The notes under the pieces: generated by a model
Databases searched by the model: none
What the model saw: only the letters and a program-made list of their open reading frames with translations
Told to the model about the DNA's origin: nothing
In this document: positions 57,601 through 64,000 of the stretch, piece after piece
Numbering within the stretch: position 1 is the first letter of the stretch
Layout of the letters: each line of letters begins with the position of its first letter
Made by a program: the position numbers and the translations under genes
Assembly: GCF_009914755.1 (NCBI RefSeq)
Contig: NC_060925.1
Source: the human T2T-CHM13v2.0 reference genome, Homo sapiens
Length of the DNA stretch: 64,000 nt
Reading direction: 5' to 3' (one strand)

Positions 57601-60480
57601 GGATGGACTCATCATCGAATGGATTCGAATGGAATCATGGAATAAAATTGATGGAAATCATCATCCAATGGAATCGAATGGTATCATTGAATGGAATCGA
57701 ATGGAATCATCATCAGATGGAAATGAATGGAATCGTCATAGAATGGAATCGAATGGATTCATTGAATGGAATCAGATGGAATCATCGAATGGACTGGAAT
57801 GGAATCATTGAATGGACTCGAAAGGGATCATGATTGAATGGAATTGAATGGAATCATCGAATGGTCTCGATTGGAATCATTATCAAATGGAATCGAATGG
57901 AATCACCGAATAGAATCGAATGGAACAATCATCGAATGGACTCAAATGGAATTATCCTCCAATGGAATGGAATGGAATTATCGAATGCAATCGAATGGAA
58001 TTATCGAATGCAATCGAATAGAATCATCGAATGGACTCGAATGGAATCATCGAATGGAATGGAATGGAACAGTCAATGAACTCGAATGGAATCATCATTG
58101 AATGGAATCGAATGGAATCATCGAGTGGAATCGAATGGAATTATGATCAAATGGAATCGAATGTAATCATCATCAAATGGAATCAAAAATAACCATCATC
58201 AATTGGTATTGAATGGAATTGTCATCAAATGGAATTCAAAGGAATCATCATCAAATGGAACCGAATGGAATCCTCATTGAATGGAAATGAAAGGGGTCAT
58301 CATCTAATGGAATCGCATGGAATCATCATCAAATGGAATCGAATGGAATCATCATCAAATGGAATCTAATGGAATCATTGAACAGAATTGAATGGAATCG
58401 TCATCGAATGAATTGAATGCAATCATCGAATGGTCTCGAATGGAATCATCTTCTAATGGAAAGGAATGGAATCATCGCATAGAATCGAATGGAATTATCA
58501 TCGAATGGAATCGAATGGTATCAACACCAAACGGAAAAAAACGGAATTATCGAATGGAATCGAAGAGAATCTTCGAACGGACCCGAATGGAATCATCTAA
58601 TGGAATGGAATGGAATAATCCATGGACTCGAATGCAATCATCATCGAATGGAATCGAATGGAATCATCGAATGGACTCGAATGGAATAATCATTGAACGG
58701 AATCGAATGGAATCATCATCGGATGGAAACGAATGGAATCATCATCGAATGGAAATGAAAGGAGTCATCATCTAATGGAATTGCATGGAATCATCATAAA
58801 ATGGAATCGAATGGAATCAACATCAAATGGAATCAAATGGAATCATTGAACGGAATTGAATGGAATCGTCATCGAATGAATTGACTGCAATCATCCAATG
58901 GTCTCGAATGGAATCATCTTCAAATGGAATGGAATGGAATCATCGCATAGAATCGAATGGAATTATCATCGAATGGAATCGAATGGAATCAACATCAAAC
59001 GGAAAAAAACGGAATTATCGAATGGAATCGAAGAGAATCATCGAATGGACCCGAATGGAATCATCTAATGGAATGGAATGGAATAATCCATGGACTCGAA
59101 TGCAATCATCATCCAATGGAATCGAATGGAATCATCGAATGGACTCGAATGGAATAATCATTGAACGGAATCGAATGGAATCATCATCGGATGGAAATGA
59201 ATGGAATCATCATCGAATGGAATCGAATAGAATTATGGAATGAAATCCAGTGTGATCATCATCGAATGGACCCGAATGGAATCATCATCCAACGGAAGCT
59301 AATGGAATCAACATCGAATGAATCGAATGGAAACACCATCGAATTGAAACGAATGGAATTATCATGAAATTGAAATGGATGGACTCATCATCGAATGGAT
59401 TCGAATGGAATCATGGAATAAAATTGATGGAAATCATCATCCAATGGAATCGAATGGTATCATTGAATGGAATCGAATGGAATCATCATCAGATGGAAAT
59501 GAATGGAATCGTCATAGAATGGAATCGAATGGATTCATTGAATGGAATCAGATGGAATCATCGAATGGACTGGAATGGAATCATTGAATGGACTCGAAAG
59601 GGATCATGATTGAATGGAATTGAATGGAATCATCGAATGGTCTCGATTGGAATCATTATCAAATGGAATCGAATGGAATCACCGAATAGAATCGAATGGA
59701 ACAATCATCGAATGGACTCAAATGGAATTATCCTCCAATGGAATGGAATGGAATTATCGAATGCAATCGAATGGAATTATCGAATGCAATCGAATAGAAT
59801 CATCGAATGGACTCGAATGGAATCATCGAATGGAATGGAATGGAACAGTCAATGAACTCGAATGGAATCATCATTGAATGGAATCGAATGGAATCATCGA
59901 GTGGAATCGAATGGAATTATGATCAAATGGAATCGAATGTAATCATCATCAAATGGAATCAAAAATAACCATCATCAATTGGTATTGAATGGAATTGTCA
60001 TCAAATGGAATTCAAAGGAATCATCATCAAATGGAACCGAATGGAATCCTCATTGAATGGAAATGAAAGGGGTCATCATCTAATGGAATCGCATGGAATC
60101 ATCATCAAATGGAATCGAATGGAATCATCATCAAATGGAATCTAATGGAATCATTGAACAGAATTGAATGGAATCGTCATCGAATGAATTGAATGCAATC
60201 ATCGAATGGTCTCGAATGGAATCATCTTCTAATGGAAAGGAATGGAATCATCGCATAGAATCGAATGGAATTATCATCGAATGGAATCGAATGGTATCAA
60301 CACCAAACGGAAAAAAACGGAATTATCGAATGGAATCGAAGAGAATCTTCGAACGGACCCGAATGGAATCATCTAATGGAATGGAATGGAATAATCCATG
60401 GACTCGAATGCAATCATCATCGAATGGAATCGAATGGAATCATCGAATGGACTCGAATGGAATAATCATTGAACGGAATC
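54620..60480 (+). repeat. Three-plus near-identical consecutive 1776-bp units (recent monomer expansion)
   Basis: The private haplotype CATGGAATAAAATTGATGGAAATCATCATCCAATGG occurs at ~55860, 57636 and 59412. ORF translations are identical at +1776, including the extra ORF at 55823/57599/59375. Confidence 0.92.
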
Positions 60481-63400
60481 GATTGGAATCATCATCGGAT
60501 GGAAACGAATGGAATCATCATCGAATGGAAATGAAAGGAGTCATCATCTAATGGAATTGCATGGAATCATCATAAAATGGAATCGAATGGAATCAACATC
60601 AAATGGAATCAAATGGAATCATTGAACGGAATTGAATGGAACCGTCATCGAATGAATTGACTGCAATCATCCAATGGTCTCGAATGGAATCATCTTCAAA
60701 TGGAATGGAATGGAATCATCGCATAGAATCGAATGGAATTATCATCGAATGGAATCGAATGGAATCAACATCCAACGGAAAAAAACGGAATTATCGAATG
60801 GAATCGAAGAGAATCATCGAATGGACCCGAATGGAATCATGTAATGGAATGCAATGGAATAATCCATGGACTCGAATGCAATCATCATCGAATGGAATCG
60901 AATGGAATCATCGAATGGACTCGTATGGAATAATCATTGAACGGAATCGAATGGAATCATCATCGGATGGAAATGAATGGAATCATCATCGAATGGAATC
61001 GAATAGAATTATGGAATGAAATCCAGTGTGATCATCATCGAATGGACCCGAATGGAATCATCATCCAACGGAAGCTAATGGAATCAACATCGAATGAATC
61101 AAATGGAAACACCATCGAATTGAAACGAATGGAATTATCATGAAATTGAAATGGATGGACTCATCATCGAATGGATTAATGGAATCATCGAATAAAATTG
61201 ATTGAAATCATCATCGAATGGAATCGAATGGTATCATTGAATGGAATCGAATGGAATCATCATCAGATGGAAATGAATGGAATCGTCATAGAATGGAATC
61301 GAATGGATTCATTGAATGGAATCAGATGGAATCATCGAATGGACTGGAATGGAATCATTGAATGGACTCGAAAGGGATCATGATTGAATGGAATTGAATG
61401 GAATCATCGAATGGTCTCGATTGGAATCATTATCAAATGGAATCGAATGGAATCACCGAATAGAATCGAATGGAACAATCATCGAATGGACTCAAATGGA
61501 ATTATCCTCAAATGGAATCGAATGGAATTATCGAATGCAATCGAATGGAATTATCGAATGCAATCGAATAGAATCATCGAATGGACTCGAATGGAATCAT
61601 CGAATGGAATGGAATGGAACAGTCAATGAACTCGAATGGAATCATCATTGAATGGAATCGAATGGAATCATCGAGTGGAATCGAATGGAATTATGATCAA
61701 ATGGAATCGAATGTAATCATCATCAAATGGAATCAAAAATAACCATCATCAATTGGTATTGAATGGAATTGTCATCAAATGGAATTCAAAGGAATCATCA
61801 TCAAATGGAACCGAATGGAATCCTCATTGAATGGAAATGAAAGGGGTCATCATCTAATGGAATCGCATGGAATCATCATCAAATGGAATCGTATGGAATC
61901 ACCATCAAATGGAATCTAATGGAATCATTGAACAGAATTGAATGGAATCGTCATCGAATGAATTGAATGCAATCATCGAATGGTCTCGAATGGATTCATC
62001 TTCTAATGGAAAGGAATGGAATCATCGCATAGAATCGAATGGAATTATCATCGAATGGAATCGAATGGTATCAACACCAAACGGAAAAAAACGGAATTAT
62101 CGAATGGAATCGAAGAGAATCTTCGAACGGACCCGAATGGAATCATCTAATGGAATGGAATGGAATAATCCATGGACTCGAATGCAATCATCATCGAATG
62201 GAATCGAATGGAATCATCGAATGGACTCGAATGGAATAATCATTGAACGGAATCGATTGGAATCATCATCGGATGGAAACGAATGGAATCATCATCGAAT
62301 GGAAATGAAAGGAGTCATCATCTAATGGAATTGCATGGAATCATCATAAAATGGAATCGAATGGAATCAACATCAAATGGAATCAAATGGAATCATTGAA
62401 CGGAATTGAATGGAATCGTCATCGAATGAATTGACTGCAATCATCCAATGGTCTCGAATGGAATCATCTTCAAATGGAATGGAATGGAATCATCGCATAG
62501 AATCGAATGGAATTATCATCGAATGGAATCGAAGGGAATCAACATCCAACGGAAAAAAACGGAATTATCGAATGGAATCGAAGAGAATCATCGAATGGAC
62601 CCGAATGGAATCATGTAATGGAATGGAAAGGAATAATCCATGGACTCGAATGCAATCATCATCGAATGGAATCGAATGGAATCATCGAATGGACTCGAAT
62701 GGAATAATCATTGAACGGAATCGAATGGAATCATCATCGGATGGAAATGAATGGAATCATCATCGAATGGAATCGAATAGAATTATGGAATGAAATCCAG
62801 TGTGATCATCATCGAATGGACCCGAATGGAATCATCATCCAACGGAAGCTAATGGAATCAACATCGAATGAATCAAATGGAAACACCATCGAATTGAAAC
62901 GAATGGAATTATCATGAAATTGAAATGGATGGACTCATCATCGAATGGATTCGAAAGGAATCATCGAATAAAATTGATTGAAATCATCATCGAATGGAAT
63001 CGAATGGTATCATTGAATGGAATCGAATGGAATCATCATCAGATGGAAATGAATGGAATCGTCATAGAATGGAATCGAATGGTTTCATTGAATGGAATCA
63101 GATGGAATCATCGAATGGACTGGAATGGAATCATTGAATGGACTCGATAGGGATCATTATTGAATGGAATTGAATGGAATCATCGAATGGTCTCGATTGG
63201 AATCATTATCAAATGGAATCGTATGGAATCACCGAATAGAATCGAATGGAACAATCATCGAATGGACTCAAATGGAATTATCCTCAAATGGAATCGAATG
63301 GAATTATCGAATGCAATCGAATGGAATTATCGAATGCAATCGAATAGAATCATCGAATGGACTCGAATGGAATCATCGAATGGAATGGAATGGAACAGTC

Positions 63401-64000
63401 AATGAACTCGAATGGAATCATCATTGAATGGAATCGAATGGAATCATCGAGTGGAATCGAATGGAATTATGATCAAATGGAATCGAATGTAATCATCATC
63501 AAATGGAATCAAAAATAACCATCATCAATTGGTATTGAATGGAATTGTCATCAAATGGAATTCAAAGGAATCATCATCAAATGGAACCGAATGGAATCCT
63601 CATTGAATGGAAATGAAAGGGGTCATCATCTAATGGAATCGCATGGAATCATCATAAAATGGAATCGAATGGAATCAACATCAAATGGAATCAAATGGAA
63701 TCATTGAACGGAATTGAATGGAATCGTCATCGAATGAATTGGATGCAATCATCGAATGGTCTCGAATGGAATCTTCTTCAAATGGAATGGAATGGAATCA
63801 TCGCATAGAATCGAATGGAATTATCATCGAATGGAATCGAATGGAATCAACATCAAACGGAAAAAAACGGAATTATCGAATGGAATCGAAGAGAATCATC
63901 GAATGGACCCGAATGGAATCATCTAATGGAATGGAATGGAATAATCCATGGACTCGAATGCAATCATCATCAAATGGAATCGAATGGAATCATCGAATGA

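Larger units (their letters stand above)
487..63717 (+). repeat. 1,776-bp higher-order repeat unit, 37 complete units; consistent with the chr1q12 1.77-kb EcoRI satellite (D1Z1/pUC1.77-type)
   Basis: Anchor ORF starts recur at 1776-bp spacing (e.g. 6430, 8206, 9982, 11758; 41345 to 52001). Landmarks AAATCCAGTGTGATC, GGAAGCTAATGG, GGAACAGTCAATG and CAAAAATAACC each occur once per full unit, and one conserved GAATTC is present per unit (first at 327-332). The chromosome assignment rests on prior knowledge of the 1.77-kb unit, not on a search. Confidence 0.88.
1..64000 (+). repeat. Human satellite II (HSat2/HSATII) pericentromeric array, GAATG strand, no inversion or insertion seen
   Basis: Continuous degenerate GGAAT pentamers interrupted by ATC/ATCG (e.g. 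GAATGGAATCATCATCGAATGGAATC) from base 1 to 64000. This is the reverse complement of the HSat2 pattern CATTCGATTC/ATTCGATGATG. CpG (TCGA) is abundant, unlike the purer CATTC runs of HSat3. Confidence 0.97.

Noticed and set aside
487-64000. Hundreds of 61-163 aa plus-strand ORFs (MESSSNE..., MEWNGIIEW...)
   Set aside because: They are the automatic translation of GGAAT/ATC repeats. They overlap in several frames, recur with the repeat period, gain stops freely and resemble no real protein family. Database 'hypothetical proteins' of this kind are known human-satellite contamination artefacts.
1-64000. CRISPR-like or other prokaryotic repeat system
   Set aside because: There is no constant repeat with unique spacers, no cas genes and no non-satellite sequence anywhere in the window.
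1-64000. HSat3 (e.g. DYZ1 or chr9q12) or alpha satellite
   Set aside because: Perfect GGAAT runs are short (about 3 copies) and ATCATCG spacers dominate, which indicates HSat2. There is no 171-bp monomer or CENP-B box. The 3552-bp period is 2x1776 and unrelated to the ~3.6-kb DYZ1 unit.
1-64000. Inversion or embedded Alu/L1/ERV insertion
   Set aside because: I saw no CATTC-strand segment, poly-A tail or target-site duplication. Unit lengths sum exactly to the 63231 bp between the first and last anchors.
1-64000. Heat-shock elements from abundant GAA
   Set aside because: The GAA triplets are head-to-tail on one strand. I did not see the canonical alternating nGAAnnTTCnnGAAn arrays.

Overview
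The whole 64 kb is one uninterrupted, single-orientation array of human-type satellite II (HSat2/HSATII), a diverged (GGAAT)n repeat with ATCATCG/ATCG spacers, read on the GAATG strand. It is organised as a 1,776-bp higher-order unit with one conserved EcoRI site per unit, which fits the classic 1.77-kb chromosome 1q12 satellite (the chromosome assignment is an inference). Using the recurring anchor ATGGAATCGTCATC (487, 2263, 4186 ... 63718) I count 37 complete units: 27 of 1776 bp, 5 of 1063, 2 of 2244, and one each of 1923, 1779 and 1774. I found no credible genes, RNA genes, mobile elements or CRISPR array, and the ORF track is a by-product of the repeat. I see no new gene system. The real signal is the layered history of the array: a 468-bp internal duplication with chimeric copies, a recurrent 713-bp deletion lineage, recent tandem duplications with periods of 7572, 2839, 3552 and 1776 bp, haplotype blocks recurring tens of kb apart, one divergent patch with a 147-bp duplication, and many C>G/G>C changes at CpGs. 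Block boundaries were read by eye and are approximate.
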